Assembly (NCBI RefSeq): GCF_963676685.1
Contig: NC_092356.1
Span: 35,774,001-35,838,000 of the forward strand
Source: Mytilus edulis
Taxonomy: Eukaryota
Length of the DNA: 64,000 nt
Reading direction: 5' to 3'
A model generated the notes under the pieces. The model saw nothing but the letters and a program-made list of their open reading frames with translations. It searched no databases and was not told where the DNA came from. The first letter of the stretch is position 1, and each line of letters opens with the position of its first letter. Of this stretch, positions 39,077-51,627 are shown one piece after another. A program made the translations under genes and the position numbers.

Positions 39077-39696
39077 ATTCAACAGATAGAAAACAACGAC
39101 AGCCACGAAATAACAGCCTTATGAAAAGGAACCTGTTCAAATAGAATCTGATGGGTTGAAAAATATATCAGATCTAATTCCCATCCTGGATGATCCAGAA
39201 CTTGCTTTGAAGAAACAATCATGTCAAAATTGTATGTATTTATCTAGCATTTATAACAAATTATATTTTAAAGTAATAAGATTCTCTCAAAAAGAGGGTG
39301 GTTCATTCATCTTTACTCTTTTCAAAAGTCTAACAGTCCAATTAAGTGCTCATTATTATTTTACAATATCATCTATTTGCAACAATAGTTACACAATCAG
39401 ATGCATAAACCTATTCAAGGGGTTGAATATCATCGTGAAAAGACATTGTTTTACTCTTTTTTTCAATTATCTCATTAAGATGAAATTAACTTCAATCTTT
39501 TATATTTTAAAACGATTTAAGAAGAGTAAAATGAATCACTTGTTTCAAGATGCAGAATACAAAGCTGCTGATGTTATCTCATTATTCATTTTCAAAAAGA
39601 TAATTGCACGAGATGAGATAAGCCACGTACCTCATTTACGCGCCTACACGCTTTTCATTATGCATGTTATAAATGAGACTATATAACGGTGACAAA

Positions 39697-40760
39697 TAAA
39701 GGCAACAGTAGTATACCGCTGTTCAAAATTCATAAATTCATGGACAAAAAACAAAATCGGGGTAACAAACTAAAACTGAGGAAAACGCATTAATATAAGA
39801 GGAGAAAGACGACACAACATTAAAATGTAACACACACAGAAACGGACTAAGCATTAGACAAAATCCTATGAGAATAACAACTATAACATCAAAACCAAAT
39901 ACATGAATTTTTGAGAGATAAGTACCATGACACCTCTTGTAGTAATGTGAATTCACACTCAAAAATAAGAGAAAACAAACGACACAACGGAAACACAACA
40001 TTAAAATGTAACACACACAGAAACGAACTATAATATAACAATGGCCATATTCCTGACTTGGTACAGGACATTTTTAAGGAAAAAATGGTGGGTTAAACCT
40101 GTTTTTGTGGCATGCCAAACCTAACTCTTTTATGGCCATGTGAAATATAACATTAAAATGACAACACAACATTACAAGACTACAATATAAGTAAATAGGA
40201 GAACACAATTGACAAAGAAACACACGAATAATAGCCAACAAAAGGCATCAAGTTTAAAAATTTTAATACGCCAGAAGGGCATTTTGTCCACACAAGACTT
40301 ACTAGTGACGCCAAGATACAAAAGTTTGACAGCCGAAACAAGTACAAAGTTGAACAGCATCAAGGACTAAAAGTTCAAAAAAGTTGTGCCAAAAACGGCC
40401 AGGGTTTTCTTTTAGGTACCAGAACATCCCTATTATTTAGAATAATTTATACTTTAGCAAACAGTAAATTTTATAAAATGACTATACAAAAGATGTACAT
40501 GATAAAACTGAAGTATTAGCTAATTACAGGAAGCAACCGAAATACATTACATAACCCGACAAAATGCAGCACATCCAAATAAGTTTAAACCTCATCGCCA
40601 AGTGACGTCATATTAGAAATTGTAAAAAATGACAACAAAAACAAAATGACGTCTCATTTGAATTTGTAAAACAGATCATCAAAAAATGAAAAAGACGTCA
40701 CATTGGAATGAATAAGATAGAATTAGGATTGATTTAAGATTATATTTGAACTAAATACTG
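39697..40760 (-). mobile_element. Non-autonomous family-A element (retrozyme-like segment, twister relic, Naiad-like tail)
   Basis: Homologous to about 21480-22245 and 21050-21170. Boundaries defined by the empty paralogous site at 50986-51005. Confidence 0.75.
40041..40139 (-). ncRNA. Degenerate type-P5 twister motif (family A)
   Basis: 9-bp P5 ATGGCCATA/TATGGCCAT, TAA CCC ACC, P3 and CCTG TACCAAGT CAGG are intact. The putative general-base G is changed to T. Confidence 0.6.
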
Positions 40761-41613
40761 AAGGGACAATCTTTGATATCTATAAAAGGTTTACGAAAAT
40801 GAAAAAAAGAGTTATTCATTCGATGATACAGAATAAAATGCTGCTTATTTTCCTCTCCACTGCAAGAAGATGATAGCAAGAGATGAGGTAAGATATATGT
40901 TTGTATTTAGAAGTTTTTTCCTGTTTTATTATCAGTTCACATCGATTCGTTTCTATCTGATGCAGCACTCTTTATGTCTTAAAATATCAATAAATATCAC
41001 CTTGATGCGTTCAACTTATTCTCACTAACGGATATTTTAGTCAGGTGACATTTCAGCATTAAATATTGTGCGGTTGAATATTAGTTATTAACATCAATTT
41101 CAAATTTGTTCAACCTGCAGTGTCTGATTTTGACATGTTTTTTTTTTTTAAACTTATTCAAATATTTTTTTTTTTTTTTTATTTTTTTTTTTTTTAAACT
41201 TTTGATTTTATTATTGCCAACAATCACAACATATACATGACATACATACAATATGATACATATAAGATAAATACAATGTCATTTTAATAAATAAATCTTT
41301 ATTGGAAATATTTTACATTTTCTATTGAAAAGATAAAGAAATAAAAAAAACAACAAAAAAACAAAAAAACATAAACAAAACACAAAAAGGATTATCCAGT
41401 TACATCCCTATCTATATTTTAAATATCACATAATAATGTTGAAAAAAAAATGAAAATTTACGTACATATTTCTTTCGTAATAGCCATCAACATCGATCAA
41501 GTACATAACATGACAATAATATTTTCTTTAAAAAAGATTATTATTTAGTAATCTAAAGTAATTGTAACAACAACAACAACAACAAAAATTAGCTGGTATT
41601 CAATAACAGTTTT

Positions 41614-43562
41614 TTAATAACACTTCTCTACGAAATGTGTTATGGAAAGGTCCGAAATATCGTGAGCCTAAATCCATCAATTGGAAATACAACTTTAAAA
41701 TTTTGATGGATTCAGTTGAGGATTATGCCAGACAATGGGCTAAGCGCGAGAAGGAAGACGTAGACACTCTTTCCGAATGGATTAAGGCAGTGAGGTCGTT
41801 GATACAAATTAGAATTGAGAAACTGAATGGGTCTATCAATGTCCATGCTATGTCAATCTTTAAAGACCCAAATGTTGCAAAACACCTATCCTACCTCCAT
41901 GGCAAATATGTTGTTGTCCCCGCAGATAAAGCCCCAAACAACATCGTTTTTGTATGTAAAACTCATTACATTAACTGCTTGATAAACGAATTAGGTATTG
42001 ACAATTCACTTGGAAACTCAACATATACCCTCACGACACTTACCAAAGAGGAAATCCTGGATAATCATAGGTCTGTTCTGTGTTCCTTTGGAATTTCAAC
42101 CAAAGATGAAGAACTGGAACTGCCATCACTGTATTGGATACCTAAACTACATAAGTGTCCTTACAAACAACGGTATATTGCTGGGTCTTCCAAGTGCTCC
42201 ACGAAACCTCTTTCTAAATTATTAACATCTATTTTATCAGCAATCAAAGACGGGCTTCCAAGTTATTGTGAAACTGCCTATTCTAAAGGGGGCGTGAATC
42301 AGATGTGGATACTTAAAAATTCCAAAGATCTTTTAGAGTACATACAATCTAACTCTCTTTCATCTTGTAACAGTATTAAAACATTTGACTTTTCTACTCT
42401 GTACACTAGTATTCCACATTCCAAACTAAAAGACAAATTGAAAGAGTTGGTATTGCTTTGCTTCGTAAAAAAGAATGGCCAACGTAGATACAGGTATCTT
42501 GTCTTAGGGAGGGATAAATCCTACTTTGTAAAGGATCACTCTGATTCGAACAAAAAATCCTCTGAAACTGATATTATCAAGATGCTTGATTTCTTGATTG
42601 ACAACATATTTGTTACGTTCGGAGGACGTGTTTTTCAACAGACTGTCGGCATTCCAATGGGAACAAACTGTGCCCCTCTACTTGCCGACTTGTTTCTTTA
42701 TTATTATGAGGCTGACTTCATGTAGGAACTTCTTAGGAAGAAAGATAAGAAGTTAGCAATATCCTTTAACTCTACTTTTCGCTATATAGATGATGTTCTT
42801 TCACTAAATAATTCAAAATTTGGTGACTATGTGGAACGCATCTATCCAATTGAGCTAGAGATAAAGGATACTACAGATACAGTTAAGTCGGCCTCATATC
42901 TTGACTTACATCTAGAAATCGACAATGAGGGTCGGTTGAAAACAAAACTTTACGACAAAAGATATGATTTCAGCTTTCCAATTGTGAACTTTCCATTTCC
43001 ATGATTTCTAAGTGGCAACATTCCAGCAGCACCTGCTTACGGGGTATATGTCTCCCAATTGATACGATATTCCCGTGCTTGCATTTCCTATCATGAATTT
43101 CTTGATAGAGGGTTGCTGCTCACAAGGAAGCTATTGAACCAAGAGTTCCAAATGGTGAAGTTGAAATCATCCCTTCGTAAATTTTACGGACGCCATCACG
43201 AGTTGGTTGACCGATATGGAATAACCGTTTCACAAATGATATCGGATATGTTCCTTACGTCGTAACTACAATCCCCTTAACTTTCATGAATGTGACCTAC
43301 CAAATTAGACTATTTCCCGGATTTGTTATCACATAAGCAACACGACGGGTGCCGCATGTGGAGCAGGATCTGCTTACCCTTCCGGAGCACCTGAGATCAC
43401 CCCTAGTTTTTTGGTGGGGTTCGTGTTGTTTATTCTTTAGTTTTCTATGTTGTGTCGTGTGTGCTGTTGTTTGTTTGCCTTTTTCTTTTTTGCCATGGCG
43501 TTGTCAGTTTGTTTTAGATTTATGAGTTTGACTGTCCCTTTGGTATCTTTCGTTCCTCTTTT
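41614..43562 (+). mobile_element. Naiad-type Penelope-like retroelement, 5'-truncated, near-intact RT
   Basis: One frame 41637-43265 with only TAG at 42723 and TGA at 43002. Motifs KGPKYRE, LYWIPKLHK, TFDFSTLYT, QTVGIPMGTNCAP, FRYIDD, LRKFYGRH. About 300-nt 3' tail ending CCTCTTTT. Confidence 0.85.
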
Positions 43563-45226
43563 ATTCCACCGGAAAGGAACCAGTTATCAACATCCTGTAG
43601 AAAATCTTGTACAGTATTGCAATTCCTAAATAGTTGTTCTATAGACTCATTATCTGATTTACAAAATGTACATAAAGGATCATCAGTCAATTTTATTTTC
43701 ACTAAATACTGATTTTTGGCAATAATGCAATGGTTAATCCTATATTGCAACCACTGTAATTTACTATTTTTAGTAACAGCAAAAGGCAGTCTGAAAATCT
43801 TTTTCCAATTCAGATTCTGGTCACCTAAAATTTTAACCCACTTAAGCTGTCCAGTAGGAATAAAATTAGTTCTTGTCAGTACAGAATACATATCTTTTGA
43901 TCCTTTACAATGTTTTATAAATATTTGTAAACATGATGGTATAAAAGGACAAACTAATTTGTAAGATCCTTTAGGGAAAAATTTTAATGCCTCTTTCACT
44001 GCCGAAATAACACTGTAAAATTCAAGAAAATCTGGGTTAATGTTATATTTTTGCTTAAATTGGTCAAATGAAATAGACGATTCATTTTGGTGAACTATAT
44101 CATTTACAAATCTAATACCACTTTTGAACCATTCTTGATAAATTACTGATTTATGACCAATCTTAATATTATTATTCAGCCATAGTGGATTTGATAAAAA
44201 TGAATCATAAGTAAAATTTCTTTCTTTTTGAATAATCATTTCCCAGGATATTAGTACATCTTTCCAAAAATGGTTGTTAACTGTCATATACAGTTGTATA
44301 ATATAATCAACACCACAACTAACATGACTAAACAACTTTCTTTTATCTATATTTGACATGAAAATATTTTGCCATTTACTATCACTCTGCAAAATCCTCC
44401 TAATCCATGTTCATTTAAGTGCTGTAATGAACATATTCAAACCAAGTATTTTCAAACCTCCCTCCAAATAATCTTTGATTAGAATATCCTTCTTTACTCT
44501 ATGTATAGGTGAGTTCCATATGTATAAATAAATAAGTTCATTTATTCTCTTAATAATACCATCTGAAGGATTTGGCAGAGAGATAATGAGATGGTTTACA
44601 ATAGGCAAGACTAGAGTTTTAATCACAGTTATTCTACCTATAACAGTTAGATTCCTTATTGACCATTGATTTAAAGTATTTTGAATCTGTACAATTCTTT
44701 CAGAATAATTTATCTTAACAATTTTTTCAAGATCTACATCAAAATTGATTCCGAGTAATTTAAAAGAAGTTTCACCCCAGGACAGATTTCTGTTAGGGCA
44801 TAAAGTATCTGTACTATATCTTTTGCTCCCAAACCAAATAACTTTTGTTTTTGTGAAGTTAATATTCAGTCCAGATATTTTTGCAAACCAGTCTAATTCT
44901 AATAATGATTCTTGTTAAGATTTTTCACTCCCATCCAAGATCAAAGAGGTGTCATCAGCAAATTGTGACAATTTATGCTCAACCCGTGTGTCCTCTACAC
45001 CACTAATGTCACTATTTCCCCTTATTTTCAATGCCAGAATCTCAACACATAAAATAAAAAGATATGGAGACAGGGTCACCTTGTCTACAACCTCTTCCAA
45101 TAGTAAAAAAATCTGAAAGGTCCCCCCCCCCCCCTGGATGACAACAGAGTTGATATTTTTGTAAAAAACTTTAACCCAATTGATGATAGATTCGCCAAAA
45201 TTGAAAAATTTCAAAACATTTATCAA
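43563..45226 (-). mobile_element. L1/Tx1-like LINE ORF2 fragment (RT and C-terminal Zn finger), decayed
   Basis: LSPYLFILCVEILA, KLSQFADDTSLILD, GRITVIKTL, WLQYRINH, CTFC..ESIEQLF..C, with stops and frameshifts. Confidence 0.85.
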
Positions 45227-45896
45227 AACAAAATTGTACTAAAGAATTGAAATAACGTCATACTAGAATCAGGTTTTTGAAAAACCAAAACGATTACTTA
45301 GATTTCTGTATACGTACTCTTTCCTATAAGAAATTAGCTACACTATACACCCAATCGAAAATGTTTTTAATAACACAGTTTTATTCTGTTTTGATTCGCC
45401 CCGCCTTGACATTTTTCACAATGTTTTACGCTTTATGCCTGCCTAATTTGAAATTTCATCAGGCAAAAGGACGGATTCCACATGTGATCTGCTTACTCAT
45501 GCAGAGCATCTGATATTACTACCGGTAAATAAAGGGGTTTGTGTTTTTATAATGTTGTTTGTCTGCGGGTCGTTTATCGTATTTTACAATGACACTGTCA
45601 GTTCGCTTTAGGGTTTAATGAGTTTGATTGTCCGTTTGTATCTTTCGTCTTTCGTTTTCTTTTCAACTAAAATTGGAGTGATAATTTGATGCGAAATTGA
45701 AATTGTTTAATGACTTATAGACAATGAATTGTTTTTTTCGTCTGGAGGTTTTGGAGAAGAAGAATCACCTGGTTTTGTAGTGTTCATGTATATTTTATTT
45801 CTACGTCTGGCAAAAATGTAAATAAGAATTCAATAAGTCATTTAAAAAATGACGGTAGCTTTAGCTATTTTATGCTCTTTATTATAGAGGTGAAAT

Positions 45897-47538
45897 ATGG
45901 ATGTTAATGACGAAAATGATCTTTGCAGTCCATGTAAATTTAAAGGAAAGCAAAAAGAAGCTACAAAATGGTGTACTGAATATGATGAGACTCTTTGTAC
46001 TACCTGCCAAGAGAATCTCAACGCAAACATATCTTTTAAAGAACATCATGTGATACCAGTAGTTGGCAAACACATGCTAAAATCACTTCATATACCTCTT
46101 ACTGAATACTGTGAGGATCATGAAAAAGAAAAGGATTTGTATTGTTCCTCACACAAAGAGATTATATGTCTGACATGCTTACAGACTTGTGAGACAGCTG
46201 TCCGTTTGCGTGAAGTCTAAAGAATGCTAAGAGTTCATCATTCGTGTCAGTGTTAGAAAACGATGTAATTGTCGTCATGGAAGAATTACACGATATTATA
46301 TAAGATCGAGAAAACAATAAACTACAACTCGAAAAACAAAGGACTGAAATCCTGGATACTGTTAAAGATATTAGAAAATGCATTAATGCTCAGCTTGACC
46401 AGGTAGAAAATAAAATTACTGAGGATTGAACAGCACAATTTGAAAAATATAACTTGGATATCGATAAGAATGTTAAGCTCCTAACCGATCATTTGAATGG
46501 GATTAAAGAAATACAAAAAAAAAATGGGAACTTTAAAAGAATATGCATCAGATTCACAAACGTTTATAGGCGCAAGAGAACTCCGAACAAGTAATGGTAA
46601 CATCATTTTTAAAGAAAATCAAAAGCGTTAACATTGATATTAAGAAAAATGAAGACATATTTGTTACATGCGGGAAAATAAAGTCATTCGGGGATATTCA
46701 AGTTACTGCATTAGATACCGGTTATTGTATTTTCCAGAAGATCAAAGGACAATACCCCATAGGCATTGAACCTAAAATCATGTCTAAATTTAGTAAAGCT
46801 TTGGAAATCAAAATACCACAGAAATGCCGTATGGATAAATGTGCTATACTTCCAAATAAACAGATGATTTTTGTCGATACAAATAATAAAAAGTTGATAA
46901 TTGTTAATGAGGACGGTACTCACAATCGCAATATAAACATGACCAATAGTCCATTTGATATCGCAGTGATTGGCAATGAAAAAATTGCCATGAGTTTTCC
47001 TTTGAGTACTCGCAAAAGAATCGAAATAATCAGTACAACTAATTATCAATCGGTGCATGAAATCCTTTTCAAAAAGAAATGTTATGGTATCTAATACAAT
47101 AATGGTAATCTGTTTGTTATTGTCAAGAGTAAAGGGATCTTCGTAATGGACTTGTGTGGGGAGTTAATGTTTTCTTTGCCGATTGAAGGTAAAGGTTTAT
47201 TAAATATCCACGTGAAAAATGACAGACTTTATTGTTCTGATGAAAACACAGTACAGTGTTATGATATGGAAGGGAGTTCTATGTGGACATTCAAGGATTC
47301 GAATTTAAGATCCCCAAGGTCAATTTCTTCAAACCAAAATTTCATTTTTATAGCAGGGTACAAATCAAATAATATTGTATCCGCTAGCATAAACGGAAAG
47401 ACTGTCAAAGTAATTTGTGACAAACACAACGGTATTAGTGATCCGACAAGTGTATATTTTGCTACACATCATCTTTTAATGTGCAATGGTAAAAATTCTA
47501 AGGCATTTTTATACAAGGAAAACTTACAAACTAATTAA
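45897..47538 (+). pseudogene. TRIM-like B-box/beta-propeller pseudogene, copy 3
   Basis: ORF pieces 45897-46220, 46594-47094 and 47146-47538 align in order to copies 1 and 2. Frameshift near 46218, TGA near 46428, slipped A-run near 46515, TAA at 47092. B-box ligands lost (C to Y, H to L, HGK deleted). Confidence 0.88.
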
Positions 47539-49875
47539 TTGTTCTATATTTTATTATTTTCTGTATATATAACTATTGATTTGATAATATATATTTTGTT
47601 AAATAAGTTGTAAATAAAAAGAATATCAGTAATCACAAACACTACCGCTTATTATATTTATTATTTTGCTTCAGGCCAAACTCATATTTCCTTTGTGCCC
47701 ACAAGATATTGACGCATACTCTTCAATAACTCAATAACACGATGTACGTGAATTGAAACATAAATGCACATGAAAATGATTGAAGTTTCTGTTCTGACGT
47801 TTTCGTAAGAAAAAGTGGTTGCCGATGAAATAACTATACAACACAGTCAAAATAACGTTAATTTAATTAATAAAACATGAAGTACAACGCCCAGAACCAA
47901 AACTGTACACTCAGCTAAACAGATCCCGACTCAAAATAATTTGAATGCATAACAGCTAGCTATTAATCATGTTTAATCCACCCTTTTCTACAAAAAAAGA
48001 CTGTAACAAGTCAGGAATGTGACAGTGGTTATCCATTCGTTTGATGTTTAATGTGCTTGAGCTTTTAATTTTGCTATTTTTTTTAGGGACTAACCGTTTG
48101 AATAATCCTTTCAGTCCGGTATTTTTGTGATTTTACCTCAGACCACTAAATCAAAGTACGTCATGTCCAGATGCTTACGAATAAGGGTCCTTTGAATATT
48201 ACAGTTTTAGTTAATTAATCCTACATTTAATTGCAGTATAAAATGTCTCAGTCATTAATATATATCGTGGGTGTTCAAAGCACCATTATTTCTTGTTGGG
48301 TGTTTCTATCAAGCATTTTGGAAACTTACGGTTACATGGTTTCTCAAGCTTGTACACAGAAAAAAGAGGTGAACATTTGATTGGTTGATTTCCAGTGATT
48401 GTTATTATCTTATATGTTATGAATTGTGATGTGAAATTTTGATTGCAGTATAAGACAGGATAAAACTTTACTCATTCCATTCATTTTTTTTTAAATTTTC
48501 ACACAAAGATAGATTCTGCATAGACGTATGGGGGTAAACAATTGGCGTATTACACCTGAAATAGAACAAACAAATAAGAAGAGAAGTGGTATGAGTGCAA
48601 AAAGTCACAATGTATGCAAAAAACACACAATTAAAATTACAAGTACAGCCTTCAACACAGAGCCTGCATCAATCGGAACAGATGGCTATAAAGGGCTCAA
48701 AATGACTTGCGAAAAACAACCCAAACAGGAAAATCAACTGTCTTGTGTGTGTTACATTTTAATGTTGTGTCGTTGTTCTCCTCTAATATTTAATGCGTTT
48801 CCCTCAGTTTTAGTTTGTTTCCCCGATTTTGTTTTTTGTCCATAGATTTATGAGTTTTGAACAGCGGTATACTACTGTTGTCTTTATTTGTCTTTATAAA
48901 TAAAACCAAACGAGAAACAAGTCACCTTTACTAACAAACATACAAAAATACTAGACTAGGGTATCAATCAGAACATATTCAGTGGATGAAGCATAGAGAC
49001 GTCTTAAAAACAGTACCAGAAAAACATGACCTTGAATTTAATTTGAACTTTTAATTTTTTTAAATGTTGTAATATTGATTGCAGTATTACAAAATGTTTA
49101 ACGAGATCCATGAACTTTTGTATCAGTTTTTAAAAAGTGTCAATTCAACCGGCCTGAAAATTATCGATATTCAAAATTCATAAAAGACTGGTATTCATGT
49201 ATTTATGGCAACAACCGTGCCAGTTGCTGATTTTTTTAGTTTTTTTCAGTTTTTTTTTCTATATCGTAATTGACTTTTCTTCACGAGATTGTTGAAAATG
49301 AAATATTACCTTGTTGATTAATGTACAGCTTGACTGTTAATACCTTAACATATGGTATTTAAACGTGTTCGATGTAGAACTTTTTAAATGTTTGTACTAA
49401 ACAAAAACGAATACCAAACAATGGAACAGTGCTGTAACTGCTGCTCCTCATGGAGAAAAATGGAAAACACAACAAACTCACTGCGAGTTCAAAACGGTCT
49501 TTAACATCAGTTTTAGAAAAATTCAATGCAAAATGTCGAATTTTAAAAAGAAACTTTAGCAAAAACATCAAAGCCTTTGCGATACAAATATTTAAGAAAG
49601 CAACTTTTAGCCCGGAATATACAGTATACAGAATAAACATAGAATTCCGACAAACGTGTTAAAGAGATAATTGCATCAGCAAAACTAAAGAGCAGAAAAC
49701 AGCAGAAGGCCACCAATGGGTCTTCAACTAAGCTAGCCAATCTCGCTTCCGAAGGCTGTCTCCAGCTTTTCCCTAAACAAAAAAGTTCAAGGAAAATAGA
49801 CGTGACACCCAACTCCAAAATGATATATAAACCAAAATAATAATAAAAAACCCAACATACAAGACTAACAAAGAC

Positions 49876-50488
49876 TAGAGGTTCCTGACTTGTGACAAGC
49901 ACAATAATGCGAAGGGGTTATACATATGTTGAGATCTCAAACATTATTTAGTTATCTTGGTGTAATCAGGGGTGTACAGAATTTTACACCGTTGTTGAAA
50001 ATTCAACAACGGTGTAAAATTCCGTACACCCCTCATTACACCAAGATAACGAATGTATTTCTTATGAACAATTCCTTTAGTCATTTTGAAACCAGGACGT
50101 AAAATTGTAAAAATGGTAATGAAAAACTTCCAGCGTAATATTATTTCAATGTCCATGTTGCTGCACATTGTCAAATACTTTTTACTTTATGTTTGGAAAA
50201 ATTCTGAAAATTTTTGTGTTCTTTTGAGTTTACAAAAAAAAAATAAAAAAAATATTTAAAAAAAATTTTTTTTTTTTTTTTAGCATTTTCTTCTTATTAT
50301 TTTTTTTCTATATTTTTTGAAAATTAAATTTTTTATTTTTTTTTGGCAAAATTTAATTTTTTTAAAAATTTTGGCAAAATTTTATTTATCCCCGGGTGAA
50401 CAAGGGTGGGGTGCTATTTACACCGGGGTAGTCAACCAATCAGATTGCAGTATTTTTGCTGCATAAGAAATAATCTCTTATACCTCTA
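49876..50488 (-). ncRNA. Degenerate type-P5 twister motif (family C) split by a hairpin element
   Basis: Minus 49943-49876 reads tgagatctca..TAA CCCC..GCA..GC TTG TCACAAGT CAGG aa CCTCTA. The matching P5 strand TAGAGG lies at 50483-50488, beyond the 49944-50473 insertion. Confidence 0.45.
49944..50473. mobile_element. Long-hairpin non-autonomous element
   Basis: 100-bp palindrome 49951-50050 (49-bp arms, 2 mismatches), 11-bp inverted repeat 50056-50066/50462-50472, CCAATC at 50436. Confidence 0.65.
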
Positions 50489-50976
50489 CTCAATGCTATT
50501 CATAGCGATGAAGAAAAATGATTAGTTTTCGTATAATTGAAAGTAAAAGGGTCCTTACAAAATAAATAGGGTATTGTTTTTCTTTGTTGTGGCTGTATTT
50601 TTTTTTTTGTCGCATCGTCTATCTTCTCAGCAGCACAGATTAGTCCACTTAAGTGATCACTGATAGTTTATGATGAAATCTACCTTTCATAATAGCAAAA
50701 TAGAATGATGCAGAAACCAATTAAGGAGTTTTGTTTCATACTTGAAAAGAAAACAAATCACTCGGGTTTGGCAACTATTTCATGAATATGAAATCAGAAT
50801 CAATCTCTGATGTTTTAGAACGAACTGGGAAGAATAATAGGATTTTTTTTTCAATATACAAAATACATAGCTACTGATTTTATCTAATTATTCATTTTGG
50901 AAAAGATAATTGCACGAGTTGAGATAAGCCACATGCTTCATTTTCGCGCCTACATGCTTATTATTATAAATGAGAC

Positions 50977-51097
50977 TATAAAACGGTGACAAAAGGGACA
51001 ATCTTAAGAACAGAAGTTATTCTTTCGATGATACAGAATAAAATTCTGCTTATTTTTCCCTCCACTGAATTGCAAAAAGATGATAGCAAGAAATGAG
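50977..51097 (+). promoter_or_regulatory. Probable TATA box and non-coding first exon of the LRR gene
   Basis: TATAAAA at 50977, donor AG|GTAAGA at 51097/51098, acceptor at 51586 just upstream of the ATG. The block is conserved in a duplicate at 39590-41010. Confidence 0.5.
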
Positions 51098-51627
51098 GTA
51101 AGATATATGTTTGATTTTTTTGAAGTTTTTTCCTGTTTTATTATCAATACAGATCGATTCATTTCTATCTGATGCGGTACTCTCTATGTCTTAAAATATC
51201 AATAAATATCACCTTGATGCGGTGACAAAAAAGAAACAAAAAAAAAACCAAACAGTCGACTGATGTTTTCTGCAATTTACATCTATTTTATAATTTACAA
51301 CAATTTCTAAATGATGAAAATGTAGTGTCTTCAGTAAAGTTTATTCAATAAAAGTATTTTCTGGCTCATATTAGTACCGTTTTGAAAGTAATAATGTTTT
51401 AGAGTTTTTTCACATGCATAAAGTATTTATCTTTTCTAAAACATTCAAGCAATATTTGACACATTTTCCATTTCCATTCTCATCTTTTATATAGTTCAAT
51501 AATAAATATGCTCGATAATTGAAATATTCGTCTTGGTTTGTACTCGTTTTCCTAGGGTACTAAAATTTATTTTTATTTCTTAACAGCAATATATAAAGGC
51601 AGATAATTGAAGTGACAAATTTTGATA

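Noticed and set aside
39156-39686. 176-aa ORF
   Set aside because: TTG start, AT-biased composition, no motif, and it overlaps a duplicated non-coding block.
43002-43004. In-frame TGA as selenocysteine, known in some clam Naiads
   Set aside because: It lies in what looks like a 9-nt local duplication (TTTCCATGA), not at a Cys position, and the ORF also has a TAG.
43520-44392. 290-aa ORF as a host gene
   Set aside because: It is the LINE ORF2 C-terminus reading through into the antisense Naiad tail.
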